Origin: Yuukianura sp. NJ FZ-2021
Taxonomy: Eukaryota
Length of the DNA: 64,000 nucleotides
NCBI GenBank assembly: GCA_046563655.1
Contig: CM102285.1
Location: 12,958,001 to 13,022,000, forward strand
Direction of reading: 5' to 3'
The notes beneath the pieces are model-generated. The model saw only the letters and a program-made list of their open reading frames with translations. It was not told the origin of the DNA and did no database searches. Below are positions 35,519 through 46,358 of this stretch, piece by piece. Within the stretch, counting starts at the first letter, position 1, and each line of letters opens with the position of its first letter. Both the position numbers and the translations under genes were made by a program.

Positions 35519-37994
35519 TTAATCTGGATCATCGGTTGTATCTCCTTCCAGAAGAATCCGTTGTTCAGGGCACTTCTTTCCCTTGGTTCCCTTCTTCCTT
35601 ATTTTACGATTAGTTACTCCATCAGGTTCATCCATCATCCGTAGAATTTGGGTTTGATCAGAAGCATCCATGGGTGCAACAGAAATATCACGAACTGCTC
35701 GAAACTTGCCGCAGTTGTTCAAGTGTTCGTTTTCAAGTCGAAAAAAGTTCCAGACAAATCTACGAAAGACTTCCAGTGGAGCCAAAATGGAAATCATGAG
35801 ATCACCATGAATGTATCCCATTTCAGTAAGGGACAGGGACAGGGCCCAGCCAAATCGTAGTACAAAATCTTCAATGATTGCAAAGTAGTAGTAACCGGAA
35901 GAGGAGTAAACGATTTCTTCACGTAGGCATGTATTGTCTCCAGCATTGCTATCAAACAGTCCCCAATCCATCTTGATATCCCAAATGTAGGCGTAGCATG
36001 ACGAAATCACAGAAGAAGCGATCCATAGAAAAAAGAATGTGTTCAGTTGCATCCCCTCGTGTGTCTCTTTAGAAAAATTCCAATTCATAAAATTAATTCA
36101 AAGTCACTCCTATTCATGTTATGGCATTGATTGTTGACGTCAAGAATTATTAGCTTACCACGGTAGTAACTGTTGAGAGTAGAAAATAAGACGACGAAGA
36201 AAGTCGTAGAATACTTGCCAGCATTAACCAGATGAGGAAAGGCTTCTTTGGTATCTCTGTACCGGCGTAGGCACTGCATGAATCGGAACCACGCTGGAAG
36301 ACAAGCTATGAACGGACGAATCATCCAGTTCTTGTCGACACATCGAGTGGCTTCTCCAGCAACGTCAAAGTTCCCACCGGAAGTTGCGTAGAAGCAAATC
36401 AGATACTGAAAGTCATTCAGGGCTGGAACAAGGCTGTTCAGTTGATCAGCCAGCCAAAAGTGGGCGAATTCAACGTGGAAAAACGGAGCAGCGACGATGT
36501 GTCCCTAGAAAACATAAATAAACGATTCAAATTATAATGCCGTAAATTCGAATGTTTAGTACTTACAAGCGTCCTCAAAACCCAAAACCTGGCTTCGTGT
36601 CGAAACGTTTTGGTGGGATTAACCATAAAAACGACGAGGATGATCACAAGTGCTAATGGGTTTGCATATGGCGGAATACTCAAGGCATTTGAATAGATGA
36701 AGCTGAGAACGCTCAGCGTCCAGACGACTCCGAAGATAGCTGCCATCTCCATGAGGTGTTGCTCAGATAGGTGGTTTCTGGGGTCAAGTTCGAAAATTAA
36801 AACGTGATTGACCCCGGATGACCTCCAGCCGTAGACGTTCACTCCCATTAAAAATATGAAGACGACGAGGAGTAGCGGTCCTCGATAGAGACGAAACACA
36901 ATTCGCCAATCATCTCGCGTCCCACGGTGGAAAATTGCTACACAAAAAAAAATACAAAAGTTAGAAAGTTTTTTTTCCCATTTTGAAATTTTTTCGCTTA
37001 CCAGAAAGCACCACTGCCACAAGCAGAATCATGAACGCTCCGGAAAATAAGCCCACCTGTAGAAATTTTTCGAAAATTCGAACTTATTTTTAGGAATTTT
37101 GAAAATAATGTTTAAATTTTGAATCGAGCCAACCTTGAAAGTTGTCCAAGGACTTTGCTGATCTCCAAGCGGTGGAACTCGTAAGCGTTTCATAGCCTTC
37201 GGACGATTTCCGCCTTCCAATTCATTGGTAACGGTCGATTCCGTTTCATGAATCAGTTTGTCAATTTCTTTGTTCGTATGAAATCCAGCACTTTCTACTT
37301 TCTCTATCCTCCACTTGGCTCCACTGCTATTCGCCAGTAGTTTGTCATGTTTCTTCAGAATCTTCCGGAATCCAGTATAATTTAAATTCTGGTAATTCTG
37401 GAGAAGGATTAAGCTCAAGTAGAATTCACTGAACGCCAATTTCAAGTCCTGCATTTTCCTTAACGGCTCCCGTTGCTTTCCGGCAAAGAATTGAACAGCT
37501 TTGGCCTTTCTTTTTCTAAGTCCCCCAATCACACCATTTTTTGTGTCTTCTTCTTGCTGTCGCAGAGATTCCAATTCTGCCCTCAGATTGGCATACTTCC
37601 TTGTTGCTTCTGCCAATTTTTCTGCTCAAAACAATAAAACTGACATCAGTTATAAAAATCTTTAGAGAAACAGACACTTTACTCACCGTTATAAAAAGTA
37701 TTGATCTTGACGAGTTCTTTTTCGCAATACTGAAACCATTGTTCATCAAATTGTGCCTGGAACCGAATAGTGACTTCGGGGTCAACACCTTCTGTAGCAG
37801 GAGCTTGTTCAATAGTATTGTACAGAAGAGCTTTCATTTCCTAAAAAAAGCCAAACAAGCATCAATGGTATAGAGACATCAGTAATTACTGTGCTAAATT
37901 CTCAGAGAATTTGTGAATTACATACCTCATACTGTATATACTGCTTCCTCCATTCTGGAGTGATATGAGCTAGTAAGTGCTCAGCGAATTTCAT
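35519..37994 (-). CDS. XPR1: XPR1/SLC53A1 phosphate exporter (SPX-EXS)
   Basis: Exons 37994-37926, 37840-37687, 37621-37134, 37056-37002, 36937-36567, 36504-36159 and 36066-35519. [23 protein letters not shown], the SPX lysine cluster [26 protein letters not shown] and [28 protein letters not shown]. Confidence 0.97.
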
Positions 37995-40009
37995 ATTTCC
38001 AGTGTTTTTTGTTTGTTGTGGCACAGAATGACATTCAAAATCACAATTCAGGAGCCATCTAAACACAAAAGTGGAAAAGTGTAAAGAAAAGCTTCGATAA
38101 ACTGGAATCAGCAGTATTCACTTTCTTGTAATTCGAACATTATGAACTTTTGCTCACCACTGAAATTGATGAAGAGATGAAACGGTTTGTTTTGATAAAA
38201 AGTTTTGAAAACCACCGTCACTTTAGCCTCTGCTTACGTCGTGCTCGTGATTATATTTGCTGTATATAGCTTATTCCTCCTGTCTTTCGAATTCGGGGCT
38301 TCCTTCGGTGAGAATCCAAACGCTCCGAACCGAGTTGATGCAAAAAATATCCCCACCAGACCACTGCGATTCTGCAACAAAATAAGACATGTGATAAGTT
38401 AAAGTGGACTTGACTGACACTTCACTGTAAGCGCAAATTGGAGAATGAATGGAACGTCTACAGATTTGATCTTAAAAGTGACAAATGAAACGGGGTTTAC
38501 AGACATGAGACGACAGTGAAATGCAAGAATGACAAACCCGTTGGACAGATTTAGAACGACTGCATGTCTACTGCTAAAGTATTTTCTTAATGTTTAAAAT
38601 GCTGACTGACAAGCGACAGAAATATGGCTGGAATCAAGTACTTGACATATAACACGTGTTATGTCAAAATGCTTGAGGTCAAGCAGATTCTTGACTCATC
38701 AGCTAATAAATTTCTTCTAATTTATGATACACTTGACTTTAATAGTTCTAAAAACCTAGACTTGAACAACATAAGAAGCAAAGTGAACAGTTAAAAGTAA
38801 AGGATGTCACTCCGATATCCGACTGAGAACAGTACTTAACTGATAACCAAAATGCACTAAAAGTTTTCTTTTAGTTTACAGCAATCACCCTCCCTCGTGT
38901 GCTAGCAAGGAAAATGCCAGTTAGTTTATGCGATGCTAATTATCAATTGACTATTCAACACCATTCCTATATCACTTTTTAGTTTTGGAAGCTGTTCGCT
39001 TCAAGCTTGTCAAGTCAGCGTCATTAAAAGAAATAGGAGCCATCATCAGAAATTCATTGGCACTATTGACGAGTAATTGTCTCTCACACAAAAGTTCAGC
39101 CAAGAAAGCACGAACAAATTCTTGGAATGAACACTAGAAGCATAAACAAACCTTTAAAATAACCTCTAAAGAATAATGAGGTCAATAAATGATTTGTCAA
39201 ACAAAACTTACAACGCACTAACCTTCAACATTAAACAGATTTACGTGCTGTACTGGGCTCCTGGAGTGGGGTAGATGGTAGATGGATGGAACGTCGCCGC
39301 TACAAATTGATGTCGTCGGTTACTGTTACTTTCCAGATTTTATGAAACGTTTGAGGTGCTGATCAGAAAAGGTGAAGAACGAATTACCTGCAATTCAAAA
39401 CGAAAGAATTAGAATTTCGGAGAAATTCTCCACCAATTTCGAAAATTCACAAAGTGATTTGAATCAGATTGATTATTAATTTGGAATTTACTTCCCGATA
39501 TTACTGATGACATTGAGATCGAAGCGAAAACAAAATTTGACATTCCTTGCTCTTGCTGCTAATTTTATTGTTTTGATTTCGTTTTAGCTGCACGTGATTT
39601 CGAAAATTTTCGGAATTTTGGAAATCTTCGTTTGAAAATCGCGCCAAAACTCTTGGACACAAACAGGACCAGGACGGCGTCTGTCACGCTTATCGTCTCC
39701 AATTTTCAGCACGACAATCCTCAGAAACTAATTATTTTTCTAATTAACTTATTTTATTTTATTCCATTTTTGTTAACTTACAGCACAACAGGTGAATTGT
39801 ATAAGTTTCCATAGTTACCAATATGTCCTGTTCATTTTGGAAATTTACTTCATGAAAACAAGCATCTACGACTCCATGTTTGACCCGGGTTGCACCCATT
39901 GCGCAGTTGCAGTAGTATCATGTCCATCACCATCAAACTTTTAGTCCAATTTCGTAGTGATTTTGCAAGTTAGGCTATTCATTCTACAAAGTTAGCCTGA
40001 AATATCAAA

Positions 40010-40633
40010 ATGTCTGCGTTTCGTAGACCTCCATCTGAAGCCACTTTTGCCAACAAAGAACTTAATCCGCTGTACAAGGACAGAAACGCTTTGGCCTGTC
40101 TGCAAAGGGCAATTCGAAATCAAAACAGAGTTCGACACGGACAACTTTCCCCGCACGTTCTGCCTCCACGCTCCCCATCTTTGTTTTGGCGAATCTTTCA
40201 CTGGTTCCGAACAATTTTCTCTGGATTTCGTCTGTTCGTACGTGGATCTACTGATTCGCAAGTTCAGCGCAGCTCAGAAGATCGCGAGGCTATAAAAAAT
40301 CAAGCACTACAAGCGAAAATTGCCTTTCTGACGTCGAGAGCTCAAGAAATGGAGACCCAAGTGACAAAAATCTTGGACATTCATGAAGCCGTGGTCAAGG
40401 AAAATTTTGAACTTCAAGAAGAGGTCAAAGATCTAAGGAAGAAGTTGATTGAATCGGACAATGCCAAACGTCAATTTCAAATTGAGCAGGACATCGTCTC
40501 CATCAGGCTTCGGAATCAAATTGACGATTTGACCTCGGAATGCATGAAGCAGAAATCCATTATCAAAGAATTACGAGAGCAGGTCAAAGGTCAAGGTCAT
40601 CAAGCATCTGGATTTGGTGACGAATCACCGTGA
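40010..40633 (+). CDS. Uncharacterised coiled-coil protein (207 aa, single coding exon), divergent from XPR1
   Basis: Long ATG-initiated ORF with an aromatic amphipathic segment LFWRIFHWFRTIF and a heptad-rich C-terminal half. Confidence 0.7.
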   Translation: MSAFRRPPSEATFANKELNPLYKDRNALACLQRAIRNQNRVRHGQLSPHVLPPRSPSLFWRIFHWFRTIFSGFRLFVRGSTDSQVQRSSEDREAIKNQALQAKIAFLTSRAQEMETQVTKILDIHEAVVKENFELQEEVKDLRKKLIESDNAKRQFQIEQDIVSIRLRNQIDDLTSECMKQKSIIKELREQVKGQGHQASGFGDESP

Positions 40634-40939
40634 ATGTCTGGTAAGAGAGCATACAAAAACGTAGCGAAAGCTGAAGGGTAAAGTATTACCACTGAAGAAC
40701 CAAAAAATTTTTTCAAAATGGGGTGGATTTTGATCAAAATTTTGAGAATTCGTTCCTAAGCAAACCAGGTTGTTTAATCAATACAGGAAACTCAAATACT
40801 ACAAAAAATGCATTTTACAGTTTCGGTTTTCAGAAAAAACGAGTCTATAATTTTATCATCGTAAAGTGTTTTGATTTTTTGGTACAATTTTGATTATTTT
40901 TTGGCCCGTTTGATTCGCTGGTGCTAGTTTTTATGAAAA

Positions 40940-42618
40940 ATGGGCAGAAGTAAGTTATGTTCAGAAAAAAAAAGTTCTGTTTAACAATTTTTTAAACTTT
41001 TTGATTTCCATTTTCGTTTTTCAGTTACAATTGAGTTGGTTCGAAAACGTTCTGAACACAACGATGGTGAAATTTCCACCTTGGAGGAACTGGCTCTTCA
41101 TCAAGAAAAAATTGTTCGAATTGAGAATTTGGACAAATGGTGTCGTCATCTCAAAGTCCTTCTGCTCCAAAACAATTCCATTTCCAAGCTCGGTAAATTT
41201 CCAAACTTCACTTTCACTTTGTTTTCTTCTAAAACACTTTTTTGAAAACTTTTTAGAAAACTTGTCTCGACTGAAATGCTTGGAGTACCTCAATCTGGCC
41301 ATGAACAACATCGAAGTTATCGAAGGGCTCGAGGGCTGTGAAAGTCTTCGGAAGTTAGATCTGACTCTCAACTTTGTTGGCAAAGTCTCGTCAGTTGCTA
41401 CTTTGAAGTACAACAGTTTTCTGGAGGAGTTGTAAAGCAAAATTTTTGAAATCAAAAGCAAAATTTTAGAAATTTCAAAATTTTGTTTACTAAACAGATA
41501 CCTCACGGGAAATCCCTGTTCAGAGTACAAAGGTTACCGAGACTTTGTGGTTTCCAACGTTCCACAGTTGCACGCCTTGGACGGGGTTGAAGTGAGCCCC
41601 TCTGAGCGAATTGCTGCTCGACAAATTTTGCCTGAAATTCGACCGCGGGTCAATTCGTCAGAAGGAGAACACTCCAGTAAGCCTAAAATTTTGAAATTCT
41701 GATACTAGGAAGTTCGTTTTTCAGAAATCCTTGATTCCATTTTAGTAAAACGGGACGTCCAGAAGTCCATGGTTCTCCCGGATATTGACGACGAAAAGTA
41801 AACCAAAACACAGCTCTGAAAAATGCTCATTTTCCAATTGTTTGCTGTAGTTTTTGGAACATTTCGTCTCCGGATACGCCCGAGGTTCGTGCTCAGATTC
41901 AGCGGAAGCAAGAACAGGAAGAAGAAGCTAAAAAGAAAGACGTCAGCGGAATTCGGCGTGATCCGCCTAAACCGCGAAAACTTTTTGACGCCTCGGGATT
42001 TCCGTTCAATGTCAACGAAGGAAAGTACGAATTTAGCTTGCAAGACTTGGACCGTGAAGGCGTGCTGATTCTGGAACTGAAGCTTCCGAAGTAATGCACA
42101 AAAATAAAATCCTTCTTGAAACCAGGAGTTTCTGCGAATTTTTAAAAATCCAATAAAATTTTTCATATTCTAGGTACATGGACACAAGTTTAGTAAACTT
42201 GGACATACAACCAACTTACGTTCGAGCAATTATCAAAAAGAAGATTTTCCAGTTAGTCTTGCCAGAAGAAGTAAGGTTGGACGAAAGTACTGCTCAGAGG
42301 TCACAAACTACTGGATACTTGGTCATCACTTTGCCAAAACTCAAACAAAGTGGCGTCATCTCCTTCCGGAAATCTGAAAACTGTGACGCCAAAAAATTCT
42401 CTGGGTACAAACATATTACGAAGAGTCTAAAATTCAAACATTTCAGAACTTTTTTTTTTAATTTTAGTCCAAATCTGAAAATGGCCAACTCTCCACTCCG
42501 CGCAGACGCTGATGAGGAAACTACGAAATCTAGAAACGAATGTGCGAGTACTTTCAAGGGAACTTACTTGGATGATGCACTTTACGTTGATGAATCGGAA
42601 GTTCCGCCATTGATTTGA
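40940..42618 (+). CDS. DNAAF11: Dynein axonemal assembly factor 11 (LRRC6/TilB)
   Basis: Micro-exon 40940-40949 spliced to 41025 gives [30 protein letters not shown]. LRRs ([32 protein letters not shown]), LYLTGNPC, the CS-like [17 protein letters not shown]...[16 protein letters not shown] and terminal VPPLI. Confidence 0.93.
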
Positions 42619-42904
42619 AGTAACTTGCAAAAAATTTACGAAGTTTAACAAAAGTTGCAAATTGAAAATAAAATGCAGAAAGTCGCATGCAAAACTTTTA
42701 TGGAAGCTAAAGCCTAGTGGCACACAGGCGGAATCGTGAAAAATTTCGCGCGTGAATTTTGTTCCGATTCAAATTGTGGTATTAGGTTAGCCGTTTATTC
42801 CAGCGGTATATTTTCGAGGATGATTTTTTTATGATTAATGGTTTAAAGTTTAAGTTAATAGAGTGATTTTTAAAATTTAACAAAAAGAGGCATGTTGAGG
42901 AGTT

Positions 42905-45115
42905 TCACTTGATTAGTTCATCGAAAGTTCCTTCGTAATAGTCAAAGGAATCCTGTTGACTTTGGAGCAAATTCCCATAAGACCCTAGCGTCCACAAAAT
43001 TGAAGTTAGTTTTTCAGAATTTCAAGTATATTTTTTTTCAAAATTAAAGAAAATTTACCATGATCAGGTTCCCTAGTGGGAATCCTGCTGGGTGGTAGGT
43101 CCCGGTCCCGAGTTATTCGGCTGCTTGAGTTTCCGCCTAGAAAGTTTTCTGGTACGCCTGCCCCGCCCCTTGTGACCTCCCTACTGCTTCCATTGTGGGC
43201 ACGACCTTCCCCACCCCTGGTGGCATGCCAGTATGATTCCAGAAAACTGCCGAGCTTCTCACAGGCATCTTCTAATTGGTTCTCTTCCAGAATTATATCA
43301 AACATGTCGTCTGAGCATTGGGCCAACTTCTCTGCTGCTACCATTTGTACGTTCAAATTCCGTGCTTGAGACTTTCCTCTGGATTTTATGAGACGCTGAA
43401 GCACCTACACAACCAAAAACAGAATACATATTAGTGTGCGCCAAGCTTAAGTTAAACCGGAGTGAACTGGGCTTAAGTTGCTAAAATTCGGCAGAGAAAA
43501 CACATCGTTTAATTTTTTTTTTCAGAAAAACTCGGATTGAACATTATGCTAAAATTGGAAAGTAAAATGGGAATTACAAAGTAAAAAATTTAAGTTTAAA
43601 AGAAATTCTGGATTAAATTGGAGCTAAAGGCCGGTTTACACTTGAAATTTTTGTGGAGCGACTTACCTTTGGACTTGAAATTTTTAAGTAAACCACAATT
43701 GGTGCCAAACTGGTTTTTGCTAATTGTGCAGGATGATTAATAGTATCACAATCTAGGATTACGAGTTGAAGTGTACGGGAGAGTTCAAAAATCCTTTCGA
43801 TCTCATTCTGCACTTCCAAGAGGCTAGGCGGTGTCAACGTCTTCTTCATCTTCGAAGTTAACAGTGTTTTCTTAGCTAACGAAATATCAGCCGTCACTCG
43901 AGTAATTATTATCCTGGAAATCCGAATTAGATGTTAATTATTTTTGATTAATTTTCTTCAATCTTAAGTCATGTTCGACTCACCTTCCTTCAAATTTGTG
44001 TTTCAAGTAGTCAAAGATGGCTTTCTGCATCATGTCCGTGACTTCATAACCTTTGAGACTTGGGCCGACGAGGACGACAGGTCGCATTGATGGGACGACA
44101 TCGTAGGGAGCTGATGAATCGTACTTTTTGAACAGTTTCTTCTTCTTGTTCTTTGAATTAAGGAGGGAGTCCGTGTCATCAATTGGATCTTCCTCATACT
44201 TGATCTTCTTCAGATTGTTCAGTCGTATGGCCTCTAATTTTATTGGAGAAGGAATAAAGCCGTGTGGAGTCGTCGGAGTCGAAATCAGCCGCCCCACCCA
44301 CCAATCGTTATTATACTTTTCCTGCCAAAAATTTCAAGTTTTCAAAAAATTTAATATGACGATTAATATTAAAGCAGCTCCCTAGTCATAGAAATTAATT
44401 TTACATTCCTATTCCTCAAGAAAGCTGAAAACTGGTCTGATAAGTAGTTTTAGCAACCTGAAAATTTCATTTTTTGTAACGGTAAATATGTGACCGAGTA
44501 TTGCGAAACTTGTGCTACTGTAAACATGGCTTTAGTAAAGTAGAGAAATAATCAGTGGCTGTAAAGCTTTACTCTCAAAATGTTTCAAAATTTCAAACTC
44601 AATTTTCATTTCAGCATTAAGTTTTTTTTTGAGAAACTAACCTTGACGTGCAGAAATTCTTTGACACCAAAGGCAATTACAAGATCAGAATGCGAAAGTT
44701 CATCTTCTGTACCATCCATCTTCTTATCATATGCTACATTTGTTCGAATTGCAAAGGCAACAGGCTTGGCCTATTTCAACAAAATTTGAATCAGAAAACT
44801 TTCAAAATTTCAAAAATTTTCAAATTCAAAAACTTTAATTACTAAACTAACCTTAGCCCGTTCTAGTGTGGCATTTAGCTTAGTCATACTGTCCTTGTCT
44901 GCTTTCTTGTTGTATCTGCTGCTCTCTGGTAATTCGTCCATGTCGTCTGAGTCATCCTCACGCTCATCAAACTCATCATCCTCTTCCAACGGGTCTGTAC
45001 CCTGGTTTCCAAAATTTCAAATTTTCAAAATTTTTCAAAATTTCAAAAAATACTGCACTTTAAATGGATCAGCACAAAATTTTCTTACCTGTGAGCTCAT
45101 TTCTGTCGTATCCAT
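42905..45115 (-). CDS. CACNB: Voltage-gated calcium channel beta subunit (SH3-HOOK-GK), compact and divergent
   Basis: About 7 exons. [85 protein letters not shown] and ENQLEDACE. Confidence 0.92.
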
Positions 45116-46358
45116 TCTAGGATTTGAAGGCTTCTGGTGTGGCTTCGGAGTAAAAGGAAAAGTTTAGAGTAAAAACTTAAAACGATCAAAACTGAAGCTA
45201 CTTTGTAGGAAAAAATGTAAAACTGAATTAAACTTAATACTTGTAAACTAGAAAGTTAATTTTAAGTTACTCTTCTATCCGTCTACCCGCAACATTTTTT
45301 TTTACTTTTCCTTCTTGGAAACATGTTTAGAGAAACACACACACAACTACTGCAATGAAGTCAAAATCTTTTCCGAATGAAAATCAATACTTTCCCCGGA
45401 CGAACATTAACCTAACCAAAAAAAGTAGACTTTCTCCACAATGAACAAAAAAATTTCCAGAACGGAGCTTTTGTTAGGAGCCCGTATAGCTACGCTAAGC
45501 CTTAAGTCCATTGAGGGCTTAAGCAGTCAGTTAGCGCATGCCTTTCACCACTTTCTAAGCTTTAGCTTAACTTTCTCCTCCTTTCTCCTAGATGTCTTCC
45601 CGGCAACTTTTTCAAATTTTGGCCAAAACCGAAATTTGGCGCTTTCGGTCTTTCCAAAGTTTCATTCATGGACCACTGTAAAGCGTTAGCGTCCTACACT
45701 GGAGAAAGTTCATGTGTTGTTTAGATCAGAGAGGAAGAGGAAAGGAAATTAATCGGATTGAAATCTGCCGAATTGGATTCGTTCCCTTTTCCCGGGTATT
45801 CTGGAAAAAAAAACTCCCGGGTAATAACTCTCTCTCTCTTTCCCGCCTGTGCTAAAAGCCTAGCACTTACTACCCATACTAGTACTATGTACTATGTACT
45901 AAACCTAACTTACGGTACTCGAATGGCTTGTTGTTACCTTTTGCCCATCTTCATCCTCATTTCCCTGGAACTTTCTCCGCGCGTATTATTAATTTTCCCC
46001 TCTCCTTCCCCCATGCCCCCTCCCCCTCCTAGTTCCTTCCTAAAAAACCTTTGTTTTAAAAGCTCCAACCCTCCGTCTCTACCCCCCTCAGTCTTAGTCC
46101 ATAACTCAAAAGCCCACCAATAACTTATTTTCACCAAACGTTAGCCTTTTCCTTATCCTTATTTTTGAGTTGTCTCTTATTCCCCCCTTTTTAGTTCCGG
46201 AAAATCACGCCTTAGGGGTCACCAGAGGTCAACTGCTCTGGACAAAAGTTTTTGCCCAGACAAATTTATAGAGAAAGGAAGCACTTTAGGAGTTTAATCT
46301 TCGTCTACCTCAACAAAATTACGGGTTCTTACTAAATCACTGATAAGTACGAAAAAAA

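Noticed and set aside
15032..39596. CACGTG E-boxes near IP6K (about 15032) and XPR1 (about 38653 and 39591) as a Pho4-like regulon
   Set aside because: A 6-mer is expected by chance at this frequency, none was seen at DIPP, and animals lack Pho4.
44020..44110. Cav-beta as a schistosome-type variant subunit
   Set aside because: Both conserved serines in PSMRP and PSLKG are present.
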